Shown here piece after piece: positions 1 to 8,483 of a stretch of 64,000 bases of DNA. The notes below the pieces were generated by a model, which saw only the letters and a list, made by a program, of their open reading frames with translations, was not told where the DNA came from and made no database searches. This stretch comes from an uncultured virus (IMG/VR IMGVR_UViG_3300009151_000002) (taxonomy: Duplodnaviria; Heunggongvirae; Uroviricota; Caudoviricetes). The number at the start of each line of letters is the position of its first letter. Positions within the stretch are counted from its first letter, which is position 1. Both the position numbers and the translations under genes were made by a program. The DNA lies in the IMG/VR virus record IMGVR_UViG_3300009151_000002. The stretch is one strand, 5' to 3'.

Positions 1-96
1 ACCAAGTCTGGTGACTTGATGTACCTTGACGGCAGATTGTACACTAATAAAGCTGGCTATGAAGCCATCTATATTAGTTCAGCAAGACCAGCTTAG
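1..96 (+). CDS. 5'-truncated ORF, possibly an OB-fold/SSB-like protein
   Basis: Frame 1 reads TKSGDLMYLDGRLYTNKAGYEAIYISSARPA*. KSGDLMYLDGRL resembles the KGxxVYVEGRL strand of SSBs. Confidence 0.4.
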   Translation, partial: TKSGDLMYLDGRLYTNKAGYEAIYISSARPA

Positions 97-118
97 GCTG
101 GTTTTGCTTTTCTTTTTT
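81..118 (+). terminator. Intrinsic terminator
   Basis: Hairpin AGCAAGACCAGC-TTAG-GCTGGTTTTGCT followed by a T tract. Confidence 0.8.
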
Positions 119-182
119 CCCTCCTTCTAATCAACCCTTAATTTAAAATAAAATAATTTATTAACAATTAAAAACAAGTAAC

Positions 183-632
183 ATGAAAGCAGTTTATGTA
201 ACATCATTGAGAAATGGAAACAAAGACAGTAAAAACTTTGGTAAAACATTTCATATCTACAACATTGTAGGTACAGTAGCAGAAATTGAGGACTACAAAA
301 ATAGTCCAAGTTTCAAACAGTATCCTTCATTTGGAGCAAATGGAGAAGTACAGTTCCTAACCAACTACATCTCTATGGAGGATGAAGTTAATTTCATCAA
401 GAAAAAAGATGGAAACTTTACATTGGATAACTCTGCATTTAACAAAGATACAGCAAGATTAAATGCAATTGCAGAAGCAAGTACAGTGTTAGCAGATAAG
501 TTTGCAGACAGATTAGCAGACAAGCTTACAAGTTCAGTTTCTGCAAAGAAAAGAACAGTGGAGGTTAAGTTTGCAGAAGAAACTGCAGAAGAAACAACTG
601 AAGATACTACAGACTCATTAGATAAAATGTAG
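183..632 (+). CDS. Hypothetical early protein with acidic tail
   Basis: 149-aa ORF with an A-rich leader, followed by a terminator. Confidence 0.85.
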   Translation: MKAVYVTSLRNGNKDSKNFGKTFHIYNIVGTVAEIEDYKNSPSFKQYPSFGANGEVQFLTNYISMEDEVNFIKKKDGNFTLDNSAFNKDTARLNAIAEASTVLADKFADRLADKLTSSVSAKKRTVEVKFAEETAEETTEDTTDSLDKM

Positions 633-642
633 TAAGTAGTAG

Positions 643-678
643 ATACTAGTGACTTAGGTCACTAGTATTTTTCTTTTT
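643..678 (+). terminator. Intrinsic terminator
   Basis: Perfect hairpin ATACTAGTGAC-TTAG-GTCACTAGTAT followed by a T tract. Confidence 0.8.
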
Positions 679-924
679 ACCCTCTACCAATCAACCATTT
701 ATTTAATATAAATCTTGTTATCAAGCTATATATTAACTAAATAGTAGTAGGTGTATAATGAAATTAAGCTTACTCAGCTTTAATAGTATTATAAATACAC
801 TCAGTAGCGTGTACTACCTACTACTTAGTGCTTATTAAGTTGTGTAGTAGGAAGAATCTGCTTACTCTGGAAACATAATATTCTTTGTCTCCACCGTGTT
901 ATTGTTTATCTCCATAATATTTAT

Positions 925-932
925 TATATTTG
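925..932 (+). promoter_or_regulatory. Bacteroidota-type -7 promoter element (TAnnTTTG)
   Basis: TATATTTG about 25 nt upstream of the HNH start, with a TTG -33-like element near 902. Confidence 0.6.
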
Positions 933-956
933 TAGAGACAACTAATAATATTGATT

Positions 957-1361
957 ATGAGAAAGAAATGTAAAGACTGTGATAAACCTGTTGCTACTGA
1001 TGTTAGTATAAGATGTTTTGACTGTAAAGTAAAACTTAGAAGAGAGACGCAAAGGCTTAATAAGATTAAATATCAATATCATAAAACACCAAAGCATAGA
1101 TATGCTACATACAAGAGAGGTGCATTAAACAGAGGTATTGAGTTTAACATAACATATGAAGAGTTTAATACCTATTGGAACAAGTCTTGTACTTATTGTA
1201 TGCAAACTATTGTTGGTATTGGCTTAGATAGACAGGATAATAACAAAGGATACACTGTAGATAACCTTGTTACTTGTTGTAGAACCTGCAATTTTATGAA
1301 ACATACACTAGATGATAAAACATTTATAGAGCATTGTAAACTCATTGCAAGTAATAATTAG
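957..1361 (+). CDS. HNH (His-Me) homing-type endonuclease
   Basis: CTYC...GLDRQDNNKGYTVDNLVTCCRTCNFMKH, plus an N-terminal CxxC/CxxC ribbon. Confidence 0.85.
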   Translation: MRKKCKDCDKPVATDVSIRCFDCKVKLRRETQRLNKIKYQYHKTPKHRYATYKRGALNRGIEFNITYEEFNTYWNKSCTYCMQTIVGIGLDRQDNNKGYTVDNLVTCCRTCNFMKHTLDDKTFIEHCKLIASNN

Positions 1362-1674
1362 TTTTGTTTTACCTGTGTAACAATGAGACTCACTCACTGA
1401 TAATCAAGTAGTTAATTTTTTGTAAATTGTGTGAAAGTGTGTGATAAAATGGGGAAAGGTGTTCTACCTCTACCATATCTACACTATACTACAAGAGTAC
1501 ATAAATGTGTAACTAGCTGTATATGAATATTTATATAGCTAAAACAAGACTAAGCATTTCCCTGTATATAAAGTATTAAGTGTGTCTATACATATACTAA
1601 TCAGTATTACTATTACTTATAGTATTGTTATTAGTGTTATGTTCTTTAGGACAGTAAATGCTTCCGGAAAACTT

Positions 1675-1829
1675 TGTGCTTACAGTTATAATAGGATGTT
1701 GAAGCTTAATAAGAGCCAATCTTCACTGAAATATAGACGGACCTAATCTACAAGACTAAGTATTGCAGTAATGCATAATGTAATTTTAGGTTATTTGTAA
1801 GGATCTATTACCTATTATAACTAAGCACA
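1675..1829. ncRNA. Putative structured non-coding RNA
   Basis: 19-bp closing stem (1675-1695 with 1811-1829, 2-nt bulge) enclosing nested stems TGAAG/CTTCA, ACCTAA/TTAGGT and TGCA-GTAA-TGCA. Confidence 0.45.
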
Positions 1830-1883
1830 TTTTATCTGTGTTCCCAACTATATATCAAATTATAAACTCAAAAACTAAATCAA

Positions 1884-2156
1884 ATGAAAAATGTGTATTG
1901 GATTATGAAGAATGGTCAAAAAATTAATGTAGATGAAATGGATATCAATCATCTTAGAAATGCACTGAAAATGGTTATCAGAGCTATTAATGCTACCAAT
2001 GTTAAAGTAGAAGAAAGAAAAGCTAAAAGACAGTTCAGTGGAGGTGAACTGATGTCTGAAGATGCTGATAAAGCTATGTTATATGGAATAAATCCGGAAT
2101 TAACATGTGAGTGTGATGAAGTACACACATGTCAGCAATGTTTAATGAACTTTTAA
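1884..2156 (+). CDS. Hypothetical protein with C-terminal Cys cluster
   Basis: 90-aa ORF ending in CECDEVHTCQQC. Confidence 0.75.
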   Translation: MKNVYWIMKNGQKINVDEMDINHLRNALKMVIRAINATNVKVEERKAKRQFSGGELMSEDADKAMLYGINPELTCECDEVHTCQQCLMNF

Positions 2157-2167
2157 AACAAATAGTT

Positions 2168-2380
2168 ATGAGCAAGTTAGTATTTATTTGGTGGTTATTG
2201 AATGGAACCATCACTCCTGCGGGAGAACACGAAGACCACAAGTTATATACTGTGTGGTTTAAAGATGGTAAGGTTGCTGACCATATGTATAAGGGAGAAG
2301 TTCTTCATTATATTGAGACAGGTGACCTTGAATACAATGAAGAATATGAATTTGAATCTCTTAAAGCAGATAGAGATTAG
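2168..2380 (+). CDS. Hypothetical protein
   Basis: ORF in the early cluster; the ATG at 2168 is the likelier start. Confidence 0.65.
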   Translation: MSKLVFIWWLLNGTITPAGEHEDHKLYTVWFKDGKVADHMYKGEVLHYIETGDLEYNEEYEFESLKADRD

Positions 2381-2583
2381 TGTGTAAATTAAAAATAAAC
2401 TATATGATTTCAAAAAGAAAAAAAGAAACAATTGAAGTAACAAAGTTTGTAGCATGTCTTCCGGGATATGAAGACTTTGAGTATAAACCAATGAATTATA
2501 TTCATTCTTGGTTTGGTAAGAAAAGTAGTAATGATTATAAAACTGAAAAAGAATGGAAAAGACAGAGATTGACCAAAGGATAA
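2380..2583 (+). CDS. Hypothetical protein
   Basis: 67-aa ORF tiling with its neighbours; start uncertain. Confidence 0.55.
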   Translation: MCKLKINYMISKRKKETIEVTKFVACLPGYEDFEYKPMNYIHSWFGKKSSNDYKTEKEWKRQRLTKG

Positions 2584-2804
2584 AATCACTAATATTCTAT
2601 AGTGATTCAGTAGAACGTAGTGATGCTCCACTAGAAATGAAACGGGAAAAGTTGAATGAAATTGAGCGTGAGAAACTACATCTAGAGAGTATTATAGATG
2701 ACAAAAAATTTAAAGAGTTCTTAAAAGAATTCATAATAGGCACAGTGATATTTATTGCTGCTGTAAGTATTTTACTATTTATGTTTGTGTTTTATGGATC
2801 CTAG
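2553..2804 (+). CDS. Small membrane protein (coiled coil plus C-terminal TM helix)
   Basis: Hydrophobic C-terminus FIIGTVIFIAAVSILLFMFVFY. Confidence 0.7.
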   Translation: MEKTEIDQRIKSLIFYSDSVERSDAPLEMKREKLNEIEREKLHLESIIDDKKFKEFLKEFIIGTVIFIAAVSILLFMFVFYGS

Positions 2805-3207
2805 AACTTGTTATGTGAAGTATGATAGAGATACATTCACAGTGTTATTTAACAGATTATTAGCATCTGATGATGCATATGTTAAAAACAAACTAATTGA
2901 AATGCTCACTCTCTATACTTATGAGAGTGAGTCTATGTGTAGGAAGATTATTGATCTTTCTATAGGAACATTAATTCCCGAACCTATTAAAGCAGGTACC
3001 AAAGTTAAAGTTGATAGAGAAAAAACTGGTTGGCTTGGTACTAGTGAGAAAGAAATTCTTGATAAGAATACAATAGATGAAGCTGTATATGGTACTGTCT
3101 TAGCCTTTAATGGCTATCATAGTTACAATGCATATACAGTTGGCTTCCCAGAAGGTACAGTTAATCTACCTCTTGAAGCTGTATTAGATGTTACTAGTAT
3201 TTTATAA
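2785..3207 (+). CDS. Hypothetical protein
   Basis: 140-aa ORF; the C-terminal half looks like an SH3-type beta barrel. Confidence 0.75.
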   Translation: MCFMDPRTCYVKYDRDTFTVLFNRLLASDDAYVKNKLIEMLTLYTYESESMCRKIIDLSIGTLIPEPIKAGTKVKVDREKTGWLGTSEKEILDKNTIDEAVYGTVLAFNGYHSYNAYTVGFPEGTVNLPLEAVLDVTSIL

Positions 3208-3240
3208 ATATTTTGTCCTGTGTGGACGCTTTTCCCAGAT

Positions 3241-3278
3241 AATAATATGAGAGAGTTAATAGCTCTCTCATTGTTATT
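3241..3278 (+). terminator. Stem-loop (terminator or processing site)
   Basis: AATAATATGAGAGAG...CTCTCTCATTGTTATT inverted repeat. Confidence 0.5.
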
Positions 3279-3359
3279 AGCTATATAGTGGCATGTTTTT
3301 GATGAATTTTGACTTGTATTTGTTATTTATGTAATACATTTACTATACATTAATCAAGC

Positions 3360-3629
3360 ATGTTATACCAGCTACCAAACGGAAAAGTAATTAACATTAG
3401 TATTGATCAGTATTTAAGTATGACTGACCTTGATATTCAGTACTTAATATCTGTTGGCGGTGGTGATTATGCTACCAATCCATTCACGGATTCAGCATGC
3501 ATTGATAATGCCAAAGAAAAGTCTTATGACTTTGAATTTCTCCCAAATGATGAAGAACTTGATGATATAGCTGATGACAGCATACCGTTTGATGATATCA
3601 TTGATTTAACAGATAATCTGGATATATAA
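3360..3629 (+). CDS. Hypothetical acidic protein
   Basis: 89-aa ORF with a very acidic C-terminal half. Confidence 0.8.
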   Translation: MLYQLPNGKVINISIDQYLSMTDLDIQYLISVGGGDYATNPFTDSACIDNAKEKSYDFEFLPNDEELDDIADDSIPFDDIIDLTDNLDI

Positions 3630-3731
3630 ATACTATCTGTATTTATTTCTTATTGCACAATGAGTAGTTGTGTAATATAGTATTTCTACTCAAAAAATCA
3701 ATTTATTTATTAATCTCAAAAACTTAAAGAG

Positions 3732-4223
3732 ATGGACACAAAAGTTAAAGTTGTAGCTGATGCTGCAACAAAATTGGTAATTAACCAATCAGCAAACCCT
3801 ATTTTTGGATATGTACGTGTAGTACAAAACAGAGTAGTCATAGATGACAATGGATTCATGAAGCGTAAAGAGTTTTCTGCTCTTATTCACGGTCTTGTAG
3901 AAGACTTACAATCAGCAGGTTACTTTGATGGTCAAGAATTGTCAGGAACTATTGTTGCTGAAGAATCATTAGATCCTTTTAACAAAAAAGATCCAAGTAA
4001 ATCTATCAAAAAAGCTGGTGAAACAAATGTAGCTTGTACTCTTGGTGGTTTTCCTATTCACCGTAGAACAAAGTATACTACTAAAGCAAATGCTGAAGAT
4101 ATCTTGATTAGTCATGATAACAAAGCAGAAGTAAAAGCTGCTTATGCTGCTCAAGTTGCTAAGAAACCTGCAATGCAACCAAATGCTGAGTTTGACAATT
4201 CATCAGAAGAATTTAATTTGTAA
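3732..4223 (+). CDS. Hypothetical protein, possibly OB-fold ssDNA-binding
   Basis: 163 aa, beta-rich, with an acidic-aromatic tail (SSEEFNL). Confidence 0.75.
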   Translation: MDTKVKVVADAATKLVINQSANPIFGYVRVVQNRVVIDDNGFMKRKEFSALIHGLVEDLQSAGYFDGQELSGTIVAEESLDPFNKKDPSKSIKKAGETNVACTLGGFPIHRRTKYTTKANAEDILISHDNKAEVKAAYAAQVAKKPAMQPNAEFDNSSEEFNL

Positions 4224-4234
4224 TATTAATAGTC

Positions 4235-4417
4235 ATGGTAAATGTAATAACAATTCAAGCTGAATTAAATGAATTAGTTAATAAAGCTGTAGAAATTTTA
4301 CAAAAAAATTACAAAACTGAAGATGATGAGCTTGATACACCAGCATCTAAGCTTAATATGCATTTAGAAGATGCACTTTGGGAAATATCTGATTTAAGTG
4401 AAGAAAATTTAAAATAG
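4235..4417 (+). CDS. Hypothetical protein
   Basis: 60-aa ORF before a terminator. Confidence 0.65.
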   Translation: MVNVITIQAELNELVNKAVEILQKNYKTEDDELDTPASKLNMHLEDALWEISDLSEENLK

Positions 4418-4425
4418 TAATTAAC

Positions 4426-4454
4426 AAGGAGCCTGTTACGGCAGGCTCTTTTTA
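4426..4454 (+). terminator. Intrinsic terminator
   Basis: AAGGAGCCTGT-TACG-GCAGGCTCTTT followed by a T tract. Confidence 0.8.
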
Positions 4455-4463
4455 TGATTTAAA

Positions 4464-4913
4464 ATGTATATGATTATGGAAAAGCTAAAACACGACATCA
4501 AAGATTATATTGCAAAACCTGTGAAATATCAGGATTTTGAACAAGATAAGTATAGTACTTATCAAAACTATCTCTATAAAAGAGCTCTATATGGTATAGA
4601 CTCTCTATCAGTAGATGAGCTTAATAGTATGTGCAGTAAGAAGAAGTCCCGCATTCTCAATGTTTATAACCGTGCACAATTAGTTGTTAATAACTACAAA
4701 CACAGAGTAACAAAGCAGTTAACTGATAAATTATTACTGTCTTTATTTCCTAATAGTTCACTTATAAGTGAATTAAATAGTTATGAGGATATGGATGCTA
4801 ATTACAAGAACACATTAACTTTCAAAGACTTGTGTATACATAAGGATCAGTTAGTTGAGTTGTTTATGCTTGAAGGTATCTTACCTAAAAATTTCTTATC
4901 TTTGGAAAAATAA
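4464..4913 (+). CDS. Hypothetical protein
   Basis: 149-aa ORF. Confidence 0.8.
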   Translation: MYMIMEKLKHDIKDYIAKPVKYQDFEQDKYSTYQNYLYKRALYGIDSLSVDELNSMCSKKKSRILNVYNRAQLVVNNYKHRVTKQLTDKLLLSLFPNSSLISELNSYEDMDANYKNTLTFKDLCIHKDQLVELFMLEGILPKNFLSLEK

Positions 4914-4922
4914 AAACCAACA

Positions 4923-5129
4923 ATGAGAAAAAATGATAATCAGCCAGCATTTGCTACGGTACATGCTGGCTTTCTTCAACCAGGAATAACTAAAAGAGAA
5001 TATGTTATTACTTCAGTTACACAAGGTTTATTAGCTGCTGGTAAATGGAATAGTGATGAAGACTGGTTTAGTGATAAAGTAAAAGCAATATCAGAAACAG
5101 TATTAAAACTAATGGATGAAAAAGCTTAA
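4923..5129 (+). CDS. Small phage protein (PAF...GxTKREY family)
   Basis: QPAFA...GITKREY motif, common in small phage proteins. Confidence 0.7.
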   Translation: MRKNDNQPAFATVHAGFLQPGITKREYVITSVTQGLLAAGKWNSDEDWFSDKVKAISETVLKLMDEKA

Positions 5130-5508
5130 AGTTTGTAACGGATGTCATGAAGAGAAAGTTATCTGGAAGAATCATGAAGGTAACAAGTATTGTCAATACT
5201 GTTGGGCTAAAGTTAAGTCAGGTGATCCTGAACATAAGAATGTAATTCCTACAGTATCTGATAAGAGAAAGAAACAAGATACAGAGTATTTAAAACTCAG
5301 GTATAAGTTCCTTAGTGATAACACCATGTGTAAGGTTAGTGTTGCTGGTTGTTCTACAAAAACAACTGATGTTCACCACACATTTGCAGGAGCCAATAGA
5401 GATGCATTCTATTTAGTACAAAGTACTTGGTTACCTGTCTGTAGAAATTGTCATGACTGGATACACACACATCCAGAAGAGGCAAGAGTTATGAATTGGT
5501 TAAAATAA
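5116..5508 (+). CDS. Zn-ribbon plus HNH nuclease-like protein
   Basis: CNGC...CQYC; CKVSVAGC...DVHH...WLPVCRNCHDWIH. Confidence 0.75.
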   Translation: MKKLKVCNGCHEEKVIWKNHEGNKYCQYCWAKVKSGDPEHKNVIPTVSDKRKKQDTEYLKLRYKFLSDNTMCKVSVAGCSTKTTDVHHTFAGANRDAFYLVQSTWLPVCRNCHDWIHTHPEEARVMNWLK

Positions 5509-5528
5509 AAGTCTGATTAAAAAAGTTT

Positions 5529-6275
5529 ATGATTATGAAAAAGCAAGTTATTCAAATTAGTGTAACAACAAATTATTCATTGTTTAATTATTTACCAATG
5601 AATAGAAACATTAATTCTGAACAAGTAGAAAAATTAGTTGAAAGTATAAGAGCAATTGGTATTACTAGACAAGTTATATGTGTAAGAACTAATGCAATTG
5701 ATGGTGAATTAAAGACATATGTTATTGATGGTCAACATCTTGTACATGCTTGTCAAAGAGAAAATATACCTGTTGAATACAGATATATTGAAATTAAAGA
5801 TGAAACTGATATAGTTAGAAAAATGGCTTATTATAATAATTCTGGTAAATCTTGGAATTTACTTGATTATATTAATGCATGGATGTATTCTAATCCTGAT
5901 TATTTAATTCTTAAAAAGTATAAGAACTTATATAATTTAGAACCTTTGATGATTGCTTCAATCTGTTACAATGAAAATCAATTTAAGCAAAATTCCACTA
6001 TGAGTAATATTATTAAAAATGGTGAATTTAAAATTATGAATGTAAATGCTGAAGAAATGTGTAAAAAATTCAGTGATTTGTTTATAAAAATTGGCAAAGC
6101 AGACAGATGGGTTAAGTTTAATTTCTTAAGTAATTTTATAAAAGCTTATGGAGAAAACTACAATCATGAAAATGTTTTAAAAAATATTGAATTAAACATC
6201 AATGTTGTCAAACTAATGACAGATACAACAGTAGCTAATCATTTTATTCAACAAAAAGTTTTTAATATTATATAA
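5529..6275 (+). CDS. ParB/Srx N-terminal domain protein
   Basis: NRNIN...VEKLVESI...YVIDGQHLVHAC. Confidence 0.75.
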   Translation: MIMKKQVIQISVTTNYSLFNYLPMNRNINSEQVEKLVESIRAIGITRQVICVRTNAIDGELKTYVIDGQHLVHACQRENIPVEYRYIEIKDETDIVRKMAYYNNSGKSWNLLDYINAWMYSNPDYLILKKYKNLYNLEPLMIASICYNENQFKQNSTMSNIIKNGEFKIMNVNAEEMCKKFSDLFIKIGKADRWVKFNFLSNFIKAYGENYNHENVLKNIELNINVVKLMTDTTVANHFIQQKVFNII

Positions 6276-6318
6276 TATTCAAAAGAAAACCAAACAAAAT
6301 TTTCAAAAATAAAATAAA

Positions 6319-7419
6319 ATGATTACAAAAGATGATGTACAAGATATAGCTATCAGCAAAACTGATGATCATAGACGTTGTAGTATTGTACTTGGAACAG
6401 GTGTTGGGAAGACTAAAGTTGGTTTGATTCACTTAGAAAGAAATACTACACCTCTTCAGAAAGTTTTGGTTGTAGCACCAAAGAAATCTATATTCATATC
6501 ATGGATTGATGATGCAGGTAAATTTGATAAAGCTCATTTACTTGGAAGAATTGTGTTTACTACTTATCTAAGCATAAACAAACATGATCCTAATGATTAT
6601 GATATTGTTTATTTGGATGAAGTACACAGTCTTTTGGATTCACATAGATTCTTCTTAGAGAACTACAAAGGAAAGATACTGGGTCTTACTGGTACTCCTC
6701 CTAAACACCATGGCTCTGAAAAGGGTAGAATGGTAAATGATTTCTGTCCTGTTGTATATAGCTTTGAAGCTGATGATGCAGTAGAGAATAATATCTTGAA
6801 TGACTACAAGATATTTGTTCATATGCTTGAGTTGTCCGATAAGAAAGATTATTTAGTAAAGAATAAGAATAATAGTTTCCTGACCTCAGAGAAATTAAAT
6901 TATCAGTACTGGTCTCAAAGAGTTGAGTCCGGAGCAGGTAATTTACATATGCTCAGAATCATGAGAATGCGCGCTCTTATGGAGTATCCTAGTAAAGAAA
7001 AATACACTAAGAAATTATTAGCAAGCATTACTCAGAAGAATAAAGTTATTGTCTTTGCAAATACACAGGAGCAAGCAGATTTATTATCTCCTTACTCTTA
7101 CCATAGTGGTAATAAAGAAAGTGAAGATTGTTTAACTTGGTTTAAAGAAGGTAAGATTAACTGTCTTTCTACTGTTCATCAGTTGAGTGAAGGTGTTAAT
7201 ATTCCCGATCTTAAACAAGGTATTATTCTTCATGCTTATGGTAATGAGAGAAAGTCTGCCCAAAGAATTGGTAGATTATTGAGACTTAATCCAGATGAGA
7301 CAGCAGTAGTACATATTTTATGTTATAAGAATACTATTGATGAACATTGGGTTAAGCAAGCTTTAGAAGGATTTGACCAAACTAAAGTAACTTACAAAAC
7401 ATTTAATGTAATATATTAA
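6319..7419 (+). CDS. Superfamily 2 (DExH) helicase
   Basis: GTGVGKT, DEVH, GLTGTP, EGVNIP and QRIGRLLR motifs. Confidence 0.92.
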   Translation: MITKDDVQDIAISKTDDHRRCSIVLGTGVGKTKVGLIHLERNTTPLQKVLVVAPKKSIFISWIDDAGKFDKAHLLGRIVFTTYLSINKHDPNDYDIVYLDEVHSLLDSHRFFLENYKGKILGLTGTPPKHHGSEKGRMVNDFCPVVYSFEADDAVENNILNDYKIFVHMLELSDKKDYLVKNKNNSFLTSEKLNYQYWSQRVESGAGNLHMLRIMRMRALMEYPSKEKYTKKLLASITQKNKVIVFANTQEQADLLSPYSYHSGNKESEDCLTWFKEGKINCLSTVHQLSEGVNIPDLKQGIILHAYGNERKSAQRIGRLLRLNPDETAVVHILCYKNTIDEHWVKQALEGFDQTKVTYKTFNVIY

Positions 7420-7454
7420 TGTTGAATACTGAAAAAAATTCCATAAATTATAAT

Positions 7455-7697
7455 ATGGAAGATACTAAAACACACAAGATTGTTTTGCATAATGATGATC
7501 ACCATGACTTCTTATATGTTATTGCATGCTTAATTAGATTTTGTAATCATGATGCCCATCAAGCAGAACAATGCGCTCTTATAGCAGATGGTAAAGGTTC
7601 AGTAGATATTGTATCTGGTAATTATATGGATATGTTAGAGATTAACACATCTTTAGAACAGATGGAGTTAAAATCTGAAATAAAAGAGTATGCTTAA
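7455..7697 (+). CDS. clpS: ClpS-like Clp protease adaptor
   Basis: IVLHNDDHHDFLYVIACL...QAEQCALIADGKG matches the ClpS fold motifs. Confidence 0.85.
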   Translation: MEDTKTHKIVLHNDDHHDFLYVIACLIRFCNHDAHQAEQCALIADGKGSVDIVSGNYMDMLEINTSLEQMELKSEIKEYA

Positions 7698-7962
7698 AGT
7701 AGTTTGTATTAATGACAAGAATAAACCAGGTAAGATTCCTCTTACAGAATGGATTGTTCAAGGTAATGTATATACTGTAAAACAAATTGTTCAATTAGCA
7801 CTTATGGGCAATGAATTAGGATTTGAATTGGAGGAAGTATATCTTTCTCCAGATTCTTTTCCGTATGAATATTATAGTGCTTCACGTTTTATACCTTTAG
7901 AAATTTATGAAAAACAAGAAATCACAGTCAGAGAAGAAGAATTGGATCTCTCAATTATTTAG
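7690..7962 (+). CDS. Hypothetical protein (KVVCI family)
   Basis: 90-aa ORF with LKVVCIND...GNVYTV...RF. Confidence 0.75.
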   Translation: MLKVVCINDKNKPGKIPLTEWIVQGNVYTVKQIVQLALMGNELGFELEEVYLSPDSFPYEYYSASRFIPLEIYEKQEITVREEELDLSII

Positions 7963-8284
7963 TAAAAAAGAAACACCAATAGTTTTACCTGATTACCAAG
8001 ACTATCTTACAGTTAAGATTATTGATGATGCAGATGATACTATCACAGGTACATTAGGTATTACACCTGAAAGAAAAAGTGAGTTGTATGCAATAACAAG
8101 AACAGCTTGTGCTAATGAGTCTATAACAAATATACTTGCTGAAGCAAGTAAAGGTGTAACACATCCTAATGAGCTTGCATTTGTATGTTTTTTAGTTGGT
8201 CATAGACTTGGTAAAGAAGAAAATGATCCTTTTAGAGGTATTATTGGTGCAATCATGAGAGGTACACAAAATGGGGAAGATTAA
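7907..8284 (+). CDS. Hypothetical protein
   Basis: 125-aa ORF. Confidence 0.7.
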   Translation: MKNKKSQSEKKNWISQLFSKKETPIVLPDYQDYLTVKIIDDADDTITGTLGITPERKSELYAITRTACANESITNILAEASKGVTHPNELAFVCFLVGHRLGKEENDPFRGIIGAIMRGTQNGED

Positions 8285-8438
8285 ACAGATCTACATGGAT
8301 TTGATAAACTCTGGTGTTACACCTGATGGTTTATCTCTTGGAGAAGCTCTTGATATTCTAAAACAAAAAGAAAATGAAGAAGGAGAACACTATGCCAGAC
8401 TACAATCTGGTGAACAAGAAAATAGCAGAGAGGCTTGA
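8271..8438 (+). CDS. Small hypothetical protein (55 aa, below the ORF-track cutoff)
   Basis: MGKIKQIYMDLINSGVTPDGLSLGEALDILKQKE...; fills the gap between neighbours. Confidence 0.55.
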   Translation: MGKIKQIYMDLINSGVTPDGLSLGEALDILKQKENEEGEHYARLQSGEQENSREA

Positions 8439-8483
8439 GTATTTCAATAAGCTTGATGAAAAAGAAAAAAAGTCTAAACAAAC

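Noticed and set aside
1540..1765. Group I intron core (ACAAGACTA and AAATATAGAC resemble the R and S elements)
   Set aside because: P7 pairing fails (GACTA needs TAGTC, not TAGAC), the element order is wrong, and no interrupted gene flanks the region.
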